A DNA stretch of 64,000 nucleotides from an uncultured Gemmatimonadales bacterium (GTDB lineage Bacteria; Gemmatimonadota; Gemmatimonadetes; Gemmatimonadales; GWC2-71-9), in NCBI GenBank assembly GCA_963730185.1, contig CAVSQW010000008.1:1-64000 (forward strand). Reading direction: 5' to 3'. The notes beneath the pieces are model-generated. The model did no database searches and was not told the DNA's origin. It saw nothing but the letters and a program-made list of their open reading frames with translations. The first letter of the stretch is position 1. Every line of letters starts with the position of its first letter. Shown in pieces: positions 31,915 through 41,446 of this stretch. The position numbers and the translations under genes were made by a program.

Positions 31915-32028
31915 ACGCGGCCACTTGGTTCGTCCGGCGGGCGCCACTGCGCTCTACCTTTTGGTGGGGCGCCGGGTATCTTGGGGCGTTCCGTCGCATC
32001 CCGGCCTCCGCTTCACTCTCGTGACTCC

Positions 32029-34359
32029 GTGCTATTGCCCCTGCTGGCCCTCCTTTTCGCGCCCGTCGACACCGTGGCCCCGACCTACGTCGGCGCGTCG
32101 GGGCAGGTTCGGGTGTCACCGCCCCGGATCGAGGCCGACGTCGAGGTCGACGGCCGGTTGGACGAGCCGGTGTGGCAGCGGGCCGCACGGCTGACCGGGT
32201 TCACGCAATACGCTCCCGCGGACGGCCGGCCGGCCGAGCAGGAGACCGAGGTGCTGGTGTGGTACTCGCCGACCGCCCTCCACTTCGGCGTTCGGGCCCA
32301 CGCCCGACCCGGGACGGTCAAGGCCACGCTTGCCAACCGCGACAAGCTCGCCACCGAGGACCGGATCGAGCTCTATCTGGGCACCTACGACGACGGGCAT
32401 CAGGCGCTGGTCTTCGCGGTCAATCCGCTCGGGGTGCAGCAGGACGGCGCCCTGGCGGAGCAGGGTCGGAACAGCGGAGGCCGGGAGTCGTCGGACCTGA
32501 GTCCGGACTTCGTCTTCGACTCGCGCGGGCGGATCACCGACTACGGGTTCGAGGTCGAGATCCGGATCCCGTTCAAGACGCTCCGCTACCAGTCGGTGGA
32601 TCCGCAGGACTGGGGGCTCCAGGTGATCCGGAGCGTGCAGGCGTCGGCGCAGGAGGACGCGTGGGCGCCGGCCGAGCGGGGCGCGGCCAGCTTCCTGGCG
32701 CAGTCGGGCAAGCTGGTGGGGCTGACCGGACTCCATCGGGGCCTGGTCATGGACCTGAACCCGGTCCTCACGGGGCGCGCCGCCGGCGCTCCGGCGGCCG
32801 CGGGCGGGTGGGACTACGCCAAGACGGCCGAGCTGGGTGGCAACGTGCGCTGGGGGGTGACCCCGAATCTCACCCTGAACGGCACCTTCAATCCGGATTT
32901 CTCGCAGGTGGAGGCCGACGCCAGCCAGATCGTCACCGATCCCCGGCGGGCGCTCTTCTTCCCGGAGAAGCGGCCGTTCTTCCTGGAGGGCATCGAGCAG
33001 TTCGCCACCCCGAACCAGCTGATCTACTCGCGGCGGATCGCGGCCCCGGTCGCCGCGACCAAGCTCAGCGGCAAGGTGTCGGGGACCACCGTGGCCACGA
33101 TGTTGGCGCTCGACGGCAAGGAGACCTCCCGCACCGGCGGCGACAACCCGTTCTTCGCGATCGCCCGGGCGCAGCGCGACCTCGGCCGCGGGTCGCGGGC
33201 CGGGGCGGTGCTCACCAGCCGGACGGAGCCCGGGTTCTCGAACCAGGTTGGCGGGCTCGACGCCCGGTTCGTCAGCCAGGGCGGTCTGGCGGTCTCGCTG
33301 CAGGCGGTGGGGAGCGTGACCGCCCGCGACGGGGTGACCAAGGTGGCGCCGCTCTGGGACGTCGACGTCCGGAGGGCGGGGCGCCACCTCGGATTCAATG
33401 CCGGCTTCTCGGGCGTGAGCGACCAGTTCGTCGCGGGGGCGGGGTTCATCGCCCAGCCGGACGCGGCCCAGCTCGGCGGTGGCACGTCGTGGACGGTCTA
33501 CGGGAAGCCGGGAAGCTTCGTGGGCCGGGCGACGGGCGGGATCCGCCTCCAAGCCCGCTGGATCTACGACGACTTCGTGTCGGGGCGGGCGCCGCTCGAC
33601 AAGCAGTTCTTCGTGACCGGCAGCGCGGAGCTCAGGGGCGGCTGGGGGTTGAACCTGTTCTCGTGGCTGGAGCGGTTCGGCTACGACTACCGGCTCTATC
33701 GTGACTACGCCCTGGAACGGCACCTGGCCGGCGGCGTGGTCGACACGATCGCGCCCTACCCCGGCGGCACCTGGGTGCCGACGATGGGGATCAACCTCTC
33801 GGTCCGGACGCCCTGGGTGGGCCCCTTCTCGGGGACGGTCAACACCTACTACGGCAACGATGTCGACTACGACGAATGGTCGCCGGCCCGGATCCTGTTC
33901 GTAAACTCCACCCTCCAGTACCGCCCGACCAGCCAGATCCGGGTCGACGGCTCGTACATCCTCACCGCCTACTATCGCCGGAGCGACGGGAGCACCGTCT
34001 CGGTGGCCCACGTGCCCCGTCTCAAGCTCGAGTACCAGGTCTCGCAAGCGGTGTTCGTCCGGGTGGTCGGCGAGTATCGGTCGGCCCACCGCGACGCGCT
34101 CCGCGACGACGGCCGGACGGGCGATCCGATCCTGATCCGCGATCCCGCCGACGGGGTTTATAAGCGGAGCCTTGCGCTGGCCCAAGGCGCCGACGGCCTC
34201 CGGGCCGATTTCCTCTTCTCCTACCAACCGATGCCGGGCACGGTGTTCTTCGCCGGCTACGGGGGCAGCTTTCAGGATACCGGCCGGTTCCGGTTCGGCA
34301 ACCTGAGCCGCACGGTCGACGGCTTCTTCCTGAAGGCGAGCTACCTGTTCCGGATGTAG
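32029..34359 (+). CDS. DUF5916 / CBM9-like protein with probable outer-membrane beta-barrel
   Basis: VDGRLDEPVW, E.RIPFKTLRY, NPDFSQVEAD, FFPEKRPFFLEG, C-terminal FFLKASYLFRM. Confidence 0.8.
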   Translation: MLLPLLALLFAPVDTVAPTYVGASGQVRVSPPRIEADVEVDGRLDEPVWQRAARLTGFTQYAPADGRPAEQETEVLVWYSPTALHFGVRAHARPGTVKATLANRDKLATEDRIELYLGTYDDGHQALVFAVNPLGVQQDGALAEQGRNSGGRESSDLSPDFVFDSRGRITDYGFEVEIRIPFKTLRYQSVDPQDWGLQVIRSVQASAQEDAWAPAERGAASFLAQSGKLVGLTGLHRGLVMDLNPVLTGRAAGAPAAAGGWDYAKTAELGGNVRWGVTPNLTLNGTFNPDFSQVEADASQIVTDPRRALFFPEKRPFFLEGIEQFATPNQLIYSRRIAAPVAATKLSGKVSGTTVATMLALDGKETSRTGGDNPFFAIARAQRDLGRGSRAGAVLTSRTEPGFSNQVGGLDARFVSQGGLAVSLQAVGSVTARDGVTKVAPLWDVDVRRAGRHLGFNAGFSGVSDQFVAGAGFIAQPDAAQLGGGTSWTVYGKPGSFVGRATGGIRLQARWIYDDFVSGRAPLDKQFFVTGSAELRGGWGLNLFSWLERFGYDYRLYRDYALERHLAGGVVDTIAPYPGGTWVPTMGINLSVRTPWVGPFSGTVNTYYGNDVDYDEWSPARILFVNSTLQYRPTSQIRVDGSYILTAYYRRSDGSTVSVAHVPRLKLEYQVSQAVFVRVVGEYRSAHRDALRDDGRTGDPILIRDPADGVYKRSLALAQGADGLRADFLFSYQPMPGTVFFAGYGGSFQDTGRFRFGNLSRTVDGFFLKASYLFRM

Positions 34360-34375
34360 GGCGCCCGGCCGGCGG

Positions 34376-37021
34376 CTATTCGTCGGTCAGGGCCACCCGC
34401 GGGTCGACCGCCGACGCCCGCCGCGCCGGTACCAGGGCCGCCAGCAGACCGGTGACGACCAGGGCGCCGGCCACGACCGCGAAGGTCGCGGGATCGTTGG
34501 CCGAGACCCCCGCCAGGAGCGACCTCAGGCCGCGGCCGGCAAGCAAGGCCGCCGGCAGCCCGATCGCCAACCCGATGCCGACCAGGACGAGCCCCTGCCG
34601 GAGCACCAGCGTCAGCACCTGGCGCCGCTCCGCCCCGAGGGTGATCCGGATCCCCAACTCGCGAGTCCGGCGCCCCACCAGGTAAGACAGCACGGCGTAC
34701 ACGCCGCCGACCGCGAGCGCCAGCGCGATCCCGGCGAAGACGGCGAGGAGCCAGGAGAAGGTCCGGCGGAGGCCCAGTGAGCGAGCCACCGCCTCGGTCA
34801 TGGTGCCCACCTGGTAGAGCGCCAGGGTGGGGTCGATTCGGCGCATGACCGCTCGGACCGGCTCGACCGCAGCGGTCGGGTTGCCGCGGGTCCGGAGCAC
34901 GATCGAGAACGCGGGTGGGTCGGTCTGACCGGCCATCACGTCCATCGGCACGTAGATCCCCGGCCGCGAGGGCCGGTCCAGGCCATAGTGCCGGACGTCG
35001 GCCACGACCCCGACGACGGTCATCCGGTTGGTGGTATCGGATCCGCTTCCGATCCAGCGGCCGGTGGGATCGGGCCCGTCGGGCCATTTGAGCTTGGCGA
35101 AGCTCTCGTTCACGACCACGGCCGGCCGGGTGCCGGGGGCGCCGTCGCCGGGCCGGAGGAGCCGCCCCCGGAGGAGCCGAATCCCCATCGCGGCGAAGTA
35201 GTCGGGCGACGCGAACCGGGTCAGGACCACGGGGTCGTGCCCGTCCGGCGCCTCCGCCTGACCTTCGGCCCGGTAGAACTGACCGAGATGGCAGCCGAGC
35301 GGCGGACAGTTGATCGCGCCGACCCGTTCGACCTCGGGCAGGGCCCGAAGCGAGGTCATGATTCGGTCGTAGAGCGCGAGATGATCGGTGCCGGCGGGGT
35401 AGGTCGACGAGGGCGGCGCCAACCGGTACGACAGCACGTGGTCGGCCCGAAAGCCCGGATCCGCCCCCGCCACGGCGTGGTAGGAGCGGAGCAGGAGCCC
35501 GCCCCCGATCAGGAGCACGCTCGCCAGCGCGATCTCACCGACCACCAGCGCGTTCAGCGTCCGCCGCTGGGGAGCGGTCGGCGAGCCGCCGCGGCTCCCG
35601 ACGATCAGGGCGTGGCGCCCGTCCTGCCGACGGGCCTGCAGCGCCGGCGCGAGACCGAAGAGTACCGCGGTGACGCCCACGACCAGCAGCGCGAAGACCC
35701 CCGCTCGCCAGTCGACCGCGAAGCTGGCCCAGCCCGGCAATTTGTCCGGAAGCCCCGTGACCAGCTGATGGAGCGCCCAACGCCCGAGGCCGCCGCCGAG
35801 CAGACCGGCGGCGACGGCCAGGACCAGGCTCTCGGTCAAGAGCTGCCGAGTGACTTGACCCGTTGTGGCTCCGAGGGCGGCTCGAATCCCGATCTCGCGC
35901 TGGCGGAAGATGGCCCGGGCCAGCATCACGCTGGCCACGTTGGCGCAGGCGATCAGGAGCACCAAGGCCACGCCGACGCCGAGGGCGATGGCGATGACCC
36001 GGTAGTCGGCCACCAGAAGATCGCGGAGCGGAAGGGTCGTGGGCGAAACCACGTGCTCCTTGTCATGCGCCTCCCAGAGCGGCTTCTGCGCCTCCAGCAG
36101 ATCGGCCCGGGCCTGGCTCAGGGAGACGCCGGGCCGGAGCCGGCCGATCCCGGCGTAGCTGTACGAGCAACACGGCATCGCCGGATCCTGGGCCAGCGGC
36201 AACCAGAGGTCGGTCCGTTCGGGGAACTCGGCTGCCCGAGGCATGACCCCAACGACGGTGCGGGGCACGCCGTCGACCGTGAGCGAGCGTCCCACCGCGT
36301 CCTGGGCGCTGGCGAATCGACGCCGCCAGTAGCGCTCGCTCAGCAACACGACCGGCGCCCCGCCCGGTCGATCCTCCTCGACCGTGAAGGTTCGGCCCAG
36401 CAGCGGCTTCACGCCGAGCACCTCGGGGAACTCGTAGGTGGTGCGGGCCACGTCGAGCCGTTCCGAGGTCGAGCCGTCCCACACGTTGGCGCCCTCGGTG
36501 GCGTAGAGCGCCATGGCTTCGAACGCCCGGGTGTGCTCGCGCCAGCCGACGAAGTCACCATAGAAGACCCCGGTGTATTCCAGGTTCCACTTGGGTGCGG
36601 TCTCGTCGAGATACATCAGCCGTTCGGGCGCCTGGAACGGGAAGGGCCGGAGGAAGAGCCCGTCCAACAGCGAGAAGACCGCGGTGGTGGCGCCGATCCC
36701 GAGCGTCAGGGTCAGGAGGACCAGGGCCGTCGCCCCGGGTTGACGGACGAACGCCCGGAGCGCGAAGCGGATGTCTCGCAGGACGGTGGCCATGAGACCT
36801 CCTCCGGTCGAAGGTCGCGAGCGGCGCCAGCGCTCGGCCGGCGCCCGGCGCAGGACGTCGAGACCCGCCTGCCTCCAGACCCGGGCCCGCTCCCGGCGGG
36901 TCTTGGCTTCCGCGAGCCGCTCGACGAAGAGGGCCTCCATCTCGGCCCCGGCCCGTTCGCGGAGCCGCGCGGGGAGGAGCCGGAGCAGGGCGCGGTAGAG
37001 GCGCGGAGCCCGAACGCTCAC
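34376..37021 (-). CDS. ADOP-family (duplicated MacB/FtsX) ABC permease
   Basis: LTLGIGATTAVFS, LLIACANVA, REIGIRAALGA, RTRELGIRITLGA, PARRASAVDP; GTG start overlaps the PadR stop. Confidence 0.9.
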   Translation of the reverse strand: MSVRAPRLYRALLRLLPARLRERAGAEMEALFVERLAEAKTRRERARVWRQAGLDVLRRAPAERWRRSRPSTGGGLMATVLRDIRFALRAFVRQPGATALVLLTLTLGIGATTAVFSLLDGLFLRPFPFQAPERLMYLDETAPKWNLEYTGVFYGDFVGWREHTRAFEAMALYATEGANVWDGSTSERLDVARTTYEFPEVLGVKPLLGRTFTVEEDRPGGAPVVLLSERYWRRRFASAQDAVGRSLTVDGVPRTVVGVMPRAAEFPERTDLWLPLAQDPAMPCCSYSYAGIGRLRPGVSLSQARADLLEAQKPLWEAHDKEHVVSPTTLPLRDLLVADYRVIAIALGVGVALVLLIACANVASVMLARAIFRQREIGIRAALGATTGQVTRQLLTESLVLAVAAGLLGGGLGRWALHQLVTGLPDKLPGWASFAVDWRAGVFALLVVGVTAVLFGLAPALQARRQDGRHALIVGSRGGSPTAPQRRTLNALVVGEIALASVLLIGGGLLLRSYHAVAGADPGFRADHVLSYRLAPPSSTYPAGTDHLALYDRIMTSLRALPEVERVGAINCPPLGCHLGQFYRAEGQAEAPDGHDPVVLTRFASPDYFAAMGIRLLRGRLLRPGDGAPGTRPAVVVNESFAKLKWPDGPDPTGRWIGSGSDTTNRMTVVGVVADVRHYGLDRPSRPGIYVPMDVMAGQTDPPAFSIVLRTRGNPTAAVEPVRAVMRRIDPTLALYQVGTMTEAVARSLGLRRTFSWLLAVFAGIALALAVGGVYAVLSYLVGRRTRELGIRITLGAERRQVLTLVLRQGLVLVGIGLAIGLPAALLAGRGLRSLLAGVSANDPATFAVVAGALVVTGLLAALVPARRASAVDPRVALTDE

Positions 37022-37353
37022 CGGACCTCGCCCGGGCGCAACAAACGCCGCTTGGCGGTCGCCACCACCGAGGCCAGCTGCCGAGTCTCGGCTTCGAGCG
37101 CGCGGCGGCCCGCGGGCGTGAGCCGGAAGTAGCGCCGGCGCTCGCTCTCGCCGGCGGGGTGGCGGCCGGTGTCGGTCAGGGCTTCGATCCACCCCTGGTC
37201 CACCAGCTCCTCCAGGGTGCCGTAGAGGGTGGCGGGCCAAAGCCGGACCTGCCCGTCGGTCAGCCGCTCCACGTCGCGGGCGATGGCGGAGCCATGGCGG
37301 TCAGCCTCGGCGAGCGAGAGCAGGATGTGGAACGCGTGCGGCTTCATGGTCAT
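37018..37353 (-). CDS. PadR family transcriptional regulator
   Basis: FHILLSL...HGSAI...WPATLYGTLEEL..QGWI...RRRYFRLT. Confidence 0.9.
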   Translation of the reverse strand: MTMKPHAFHILLSLAEADRHGSAIARDVERLTDGQVRLWPATLYGTLEELVDQGWIEALTDTGRHPAGESERRRYFRLTPAGRRALEAETRQLASVVATAKRRLLRPGEVR

Positions 37354-37373
37354 ATTATATGAAACAGTATAAT
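37354..37373. promoter_or_regulatory. Putative PadR operator / -10 region: ATTATA-N8-TATAAT
   Basis: AT-rich inverted repeat directly abutting the PadR ATG in otherwise very GC-rich DNA. Confidence 0.65.
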
Positions 37374-37479
37374 AGAACGCCAGCCGATCGCCTGTGACCG
37401 ACCGCGTGTTCGGACGACGGTCCCTCGACCCTGACAGCCGCCGGGCCTGGGATTTGGGGCTCACGACGGAAGAAGGCGG

Positions 37480-38023
37480 ATGGCGACCCGAACGGCCGAT
37501 CGAACCTGGACCTGGTGGGTGATGACGCTGGTCACCCTCCCGATCGCCGCCTACGCGGCGAACTATGCCCTAGGCGGCGAGGCAGCCTTCGTGCCCAACC
37601 TGGCCGCGTCGTTTCGAGAGCGCCCGACCGCGATCCTTCTCCACACGGCGGGTGGCGCCCTGGTGCTACTGGCGGGTCTGCTCCAGATGAACCGGACGGT
37701 GCGAGCCCGTTGGCCGGCCTTCCACCGCTGAGTCGGGAGGACCTACGTGATCGTCGGGACGGTCGGGGGCGGGGCCGGGCTCTACCTGGCCCGCTACTCT
37801 TCCGAGGGATGGGTGACGCACCTGGGCTTCGGGATGCTGGCCCTGGCGGTGCTGACCGCGACCACGGTGGCGTTTCTCGCGGCCCGCCGCCGGGTTCGGG
37901 TTCGCGACCGCGTATCGGATCGTGGCGTGGCTCTGCTGGGTTCCCAACCTCCTCTGGGCCGAATGGTACGTCCGCCGGCGGCCGGCGATCGACGGGCGGG
38001 TCCGGGCGCCGGCCGGCGCCTGA
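37480..38023 (+). pseudogene. DUF2306-like membrane protein, disrupted (in-frame TGA at 37729; frame-shifting deletion ~37892)
   Basis: LHTAGG...LLQ...FHR*VGRTYV, then jumps to AYRIVAWLCWVPNLLWAEW in another frame. Confidence 0.65.
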
Positions 38024-40729
38024 TTAGTCGGTTCGGAGCGCCACGTTCGGATCCACGGTCGCCGCCCGCCAGGCCGGGACCGCGCTGGCCACGGCGGCCA
38101 CCATGAGCAGGACCGCGGCCACGACGCCGAAAACCAACGGGTCACGGGGGGATTCCGCGTAGAGCAGCGGGCCGAGCCACCGGCTCCCCCAGAGTGCCAG
38201 GAGGCCGCCGATCCCGAGCCCCAACAGCGCAAAGCGGATCCCCTCGCCCAAGACCAGCCGGAGCAGGTCGGCCAGGCTCGCGCCGAGGGCGATCCGGAGA
38301 CCGAGCTCCTGGGTCCGTTGCGCGACGTTGTAGGCGATCACGCTGTAGAGCCCCACGCCCGCCAGCACCAGGGCCAGCAGGCCGAACGCCAGGAACATCG
38401 TCGCGCCGAGCTCCCAGGAGCGGAGGTTGGGGTCGACCATGTCGCGGAAGGGAGTGGCGGTGACGTAGCTGGTCCCCGGCATCAGGGTCTGCAGTCGCTT
38501 CCGGATGGTCTCGGCCTGGTCGGCGGCCCGACCGCGGACCCGGATCACCAGGTCGTCGAACTGGGGCCGGAACTGCTCCGCCGAGAGGTAGTAGAAGTAC
38601 TCGCCGCCCGCGGTGATGTTCCGGTTCCGGATGTTCTCGGCGACGCCCACCACGGTGCTGCAGGGGACGGTGTCGGCCTCGATCTTGACGCACCGGCCCA
38701 GCGGATCCTGACCCGGCCAGAGCACGTCGGCCATCGCCTCGTTCACCACCAGCACGCCGGGCGCGTTCTTGCCGTCCGCGGCGGTGATCCCTCGACCGCG
38801 GAGGATCCGGGTGCCCATGGTCGCGAAGTAGTCGGGCGAGCCGGCCTGGAGCCCGAAGTGCCCGAGCCGCCCCACGGAGTCGATCCCCGGCACGAAGAGG
38901 TCGGTCGAGCGGCTGAGCCAGAAGGGGAGGGTGACGGCCAGGCTGGCGTGCTCCACCTCGGGGTAGGTCTGGGCTTCCGCGAGCAGCCGACGGGCCAGCT
39001 GGGCGCGCCGGTCGGGCGACAGCGCGAGTCCGCGCAGGTTGAGGTCGACATACAGGATGGGATCGACGTCGTACCCGAGCCGGATGTTCCTGACCTGGTG
39101 GAGACTTCGGACGAAGAGACCGGCGCCGACCAGGAGAAGAACCGACAGCGCTCCCTGAACCAGGAGCAAGGCGGTTCGGGTCCGGGACCGCTGATAGGTA
39201 CCCTCCCGGGCCCCGATCCGGAGCGCGCCACCCACGTCGGTCCGCCGGGCCTGGAGGATCGGGGCCAGGCCGGTGAGCACCCCGACGGCGAGGGTGGCGA
39301 GGCCGGCGAACGCGACCGTCCGCCAGTCGATCAGGGCCCGGGTGCCGCCGGCGTCGGGGAGAAAGAGCGAGCGGAGCAGGGAACCGCCCCAATGCGCCAC
39401 CAGCAGGCCGGCGGCTCCCCCCAGAGTCGCGAGCAGGACGCTCTCGGTCAGCAGCTGCGCGAAGAGGCGGGTCCGGCTCACGCCGAGGGCCAGTCGGAGG
39501 CCGATCTCCCGGCGCCGCCGGAGGGCCCGAGCCAGGAGGAGGTTCGCCACGTTGGCGCAGGCGATGAGCAGCACGATCAGGGCGACGCCGCCCACCCACT
39601 GGGCCACCTTGCCGACCGTGGTCTGATTGGGGCCCCGCTCGGTCTGGATCGGTGACACGATCGCCCGCGGGTGCGCGATCGTCGCCGGCGGCAGCTCGGC
39701 ATCACCGGTCCGCTCGACCGCGTAGCTCCGCTGGTACGCCTGGCTCAGGTCCGCGGCCGCGGCGGCCTCGCTCACGCCCGCCTTCCGCCGGACCAGAAGC
39801 TCCATCCAGCCCCAGTCGTACTTGGTATAGTAGGCCGCGCGGTCGGGCGTCCACTCGACGTGCGCCCCATACGTCGTGATCGGGATGAAGGCGGCCGGCG
39901 GCGGCCCCTCCTGGACTCCGACGAACCCGGCCGGCGCCACGCCGACGACGGTGTAGACGACCGGCCCGATCTGGAGGCCGGTGCCCAGCACGTCGGGTCG
40001 GCCGCCGTAGCGGGTTTGCCAGAGCGCATGGCTCAACACCACCACGGGCGATCCCTCCGGGACCGAGTCCTCCGCCGGGCCGAAGTACCGTCCCAGGGCC
40101 GGCGGCGCGTCGAAGAGCTCGAACAGGCTGGCGCTCACCGGCGCGACCCGCATCTCGCGGGTGTCCTCCCCGACGCCGACCGCCATCCGGGCGTCGAAGG
40201 TCGCGGCCATCACGTCGAACGAGCTGGTCGTGCGGACCAGGTCACGGTAGGTCGTGTAGGCGATGTTGGGCTCGTAGTTGGTGCCGCCTCGGCCCTCGGT
40301 GACCAGGTAGACGCGATGAACCCGAGCGGGGTCGCCGAGGAAGGGCGGAGGGCGAAAGAGCAGCCGGTCCACGATCCCGAACATGGCCGCGTTGGCCCCG
40401 AGCCCCAGGGCCAGGGTGCCGACGACCGCCAGGGTGAAGCCCGGGCTGCCCCGCAGCATCCGCGCCGCGTAAGCCAAGTCCCGGGTCACGATCTCCAGGG
40501 CCGAGAGCCCGCGGGCGTCGCGGCTCTCTTCCTTGATCCGGTCCACTCCCCCGAAGGCGAGCCGCGCCCGGCGCCGGGCCTCGGCCGGCGAGAACCCCTG
40601 GCGCTGGTACTTCTCGGTTTCGCGCTCGAGGTGGAAGCCGATCTCGTCGTCGAGCTCCCCTTCGACGGCGCCCCGGCGGATCAGGGCCCGCCAGCGGTAC
40701 TTGAGGTCGCTCCACAGCGCGCTCAGCAT
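38024..40729 (-). CDS. ADOP-family ABC permease (second)
   Basis: ELDDEIGFHLE...ARLAFGG prefix domain, LLIACANVANLLL, RTQELGLRIALGA, PAWRAATVDP. Confidence 0.92.
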   Translation of the reverse strand: MLSALWSDLKYRWRALIRRGAVEGELDDEIGFHLERETEKYQRQGFSPAEARRRARLAFGGVDRIKEESRDARGLSALEIVTRDLAYAARMLRGSPGFTLAVVGTLALGLGANAAMFGIVDRLLFRPPPFLGDPARVHRVYLVTEGRGGTNYEPNIAYTTYRDLVRTTSSFDVMAATFDARMAVGVGEDTREMRVAPVSASLFELFDAPPALGRYFGPAEDSVPEGSPVVVLSHALWQTRYGGRPDVLGTGLQIGPVVYTVVGVAPAGFVGVQEGPPPAAFIPITTYGAHVEWTPDRAAYYTKYDWGWMELLVRRKAGVSEAAAAADLSQAYQRSYAVERTGDAELPPATIAHPRAIVSPIQTERGPNQTTVGKVAQWVGGVALIVLLIACANVANLLLARALRRRREIGLRLALGVSRTRLFAQLLTESVLLATLGGAAGLLVAHWGGSLLRSLFLPDAGGTRALIDWRTVAFAGLATLAVGVLTGLAPILQARRTDVGGALRIGAREGTYQRSRTRTALLLVQGALSVLLLVGAGLFVRSLHQVRNIRLGYDVDPILYVDLNLRGLALSPDRRAQLARRLLAEAQTYPEVEHASLAVTLPFWLSRSTDLFVPGIDSVGRLGHFGLQAGSPDYFATMGTRILRGRGITAADGKNAPGVLVVNEAMADVLWPGQDPLGRCVKIEADTVPCSTVVGVAENIRNRNITAGGEYFYYLSAEQFRPQFDDLVIRVRGRAADQAETIRKRLQTLMPGTSYVTATPFRDMVDPNLRSWELGATMFLAFGLLALVLAGVGLYSVIAYNVAQRTQELGLRIALGASLADLLRLVLGEGIRFALLGLGIGGLLALWGSRWLGPLLYAESPRDPLVFGVVAAVLLMVAAVASAVPAWRAATVDPNVALRTD

Positions 40730-40742
40730 CGGATCCTCCCGG

Positions 40743-41075
40743 TCAGCCCATGGCCAGAACGAGCGACACCGCCTTGGTCAGCCGCTCCCAGGACGTGGCT
40801 TCTTCCTCGAGCTGCTTCCGGCCGGCCCGAGTGAGCTCGTAAAACTTGGCCTTCCGGTTGTTCTCCGAGGCGCCCCACTCGGCTCGGATCCAACCCCGGC
40901 GCTCGAGCCGGTGGAGGGCCGGGTAGAGCGATCCCTGAGGAACCTGGAGCACGGCCTGGGACACCTCGTGGATCCGCTCCGAGATGGCCCACCCGTGCTG
41001 CGGCCCCAGGGAAACGGCCTTGAGGATGAGGAGGTCGAGGGTGCCTTGCGGCAGGTCGAGATGTGGATCGGTCAT
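40743..41075 (-). CDS. PadR family transcriptional regulator (Acidobacterial-type)
   Basis: [45 protein letters not shown]. Confidence 0.93.
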   Translation of the reverse strand: MTDPHLDLPQGTLDLLILKAVSLGPQHGWAISERIHEVSQAVLQVPQGSLYPALHRLERRGWIRAEWGASENNRKAKFYELTRAGRKQLEEEATSWERLTKAVSLVLAMG

Positions 41076-41080
41076 GGAGT

Positions 41081-41131
41081 CCCCTTGTGCTTCTACAAGA
41101 GCTAGCGCTCTTCTTGTAGAAGCGCAAGGGG
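41081..41131. promoter_or_regulatory. Double operator: 20-bp inverted arms, each containing a CTTG..CAAG palindrome
   Basis: CCCCTTGTGCTTCTACAAGA-N11-TCTTGTAGAAGCGCAAGGGG (one mismatch), covering the PadR RBS region. Confidence 0.75.
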
Positions 41132-41366
41132 GGGAGGTAGGGATTTGGGAGTAGGGAGTAGGGAGTAGGGAGTGGGAGAGGGAGTTGGGAGTAGGGAGTT
41201 GGGAGTAGAGAAGGGAGTCGGGAGTTGTGGGGCGGGACCAGGTGCCCCACCGCCCACTCTCTCTCCCCCCACTCCCCACTCCCCACTCCCTCCCTACTCC
41301 CTACTCCCTACTCCCTAGTCCCTACCTCCCTCCCTACTCACCAGTCACCACTCATCAGTCACTACC
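41132..41366. repeat. Inverted heptamer array: (GGGAGTA)n - hairpin - (TACTCCC)n
   Basis: Purine block ~41132-41226, central GTGGGGC..GCCCCAC, pyrimidine block ~41255-41366. Confidence 0.9.
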
Positions 41367-41446
41367 AAGGCAAGGCTGGCGTCCGCCAATCGTCGGAGCG
41401 AGACTTCCCGTGCCGAGCCGTCTTTCCACCTTCATTGGGATCCCTC

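Noticed and set aside
32116..37132. Long opposite-strand ORFs (703 aa, 714 aa) and similar ORFs throughout
   Set aside because: High-GC shadow frames of recognisable genes, with no motifs of their own
37729..37731. TGA recoded as Trp or selenocysteine
   Set aside because: Many neighbouring genes end at TGA, the expected residue is Trp rather than Cys, and the same gene carries a second lesion
41076..41446. ORF extensions through the array (e.g. [12 protein letters not shown] peptides on padR and ilvE)
   Set aside because: These are translations of the non-coding heptamer repeat; real starts are at 41075 (-) and 41447 (+)
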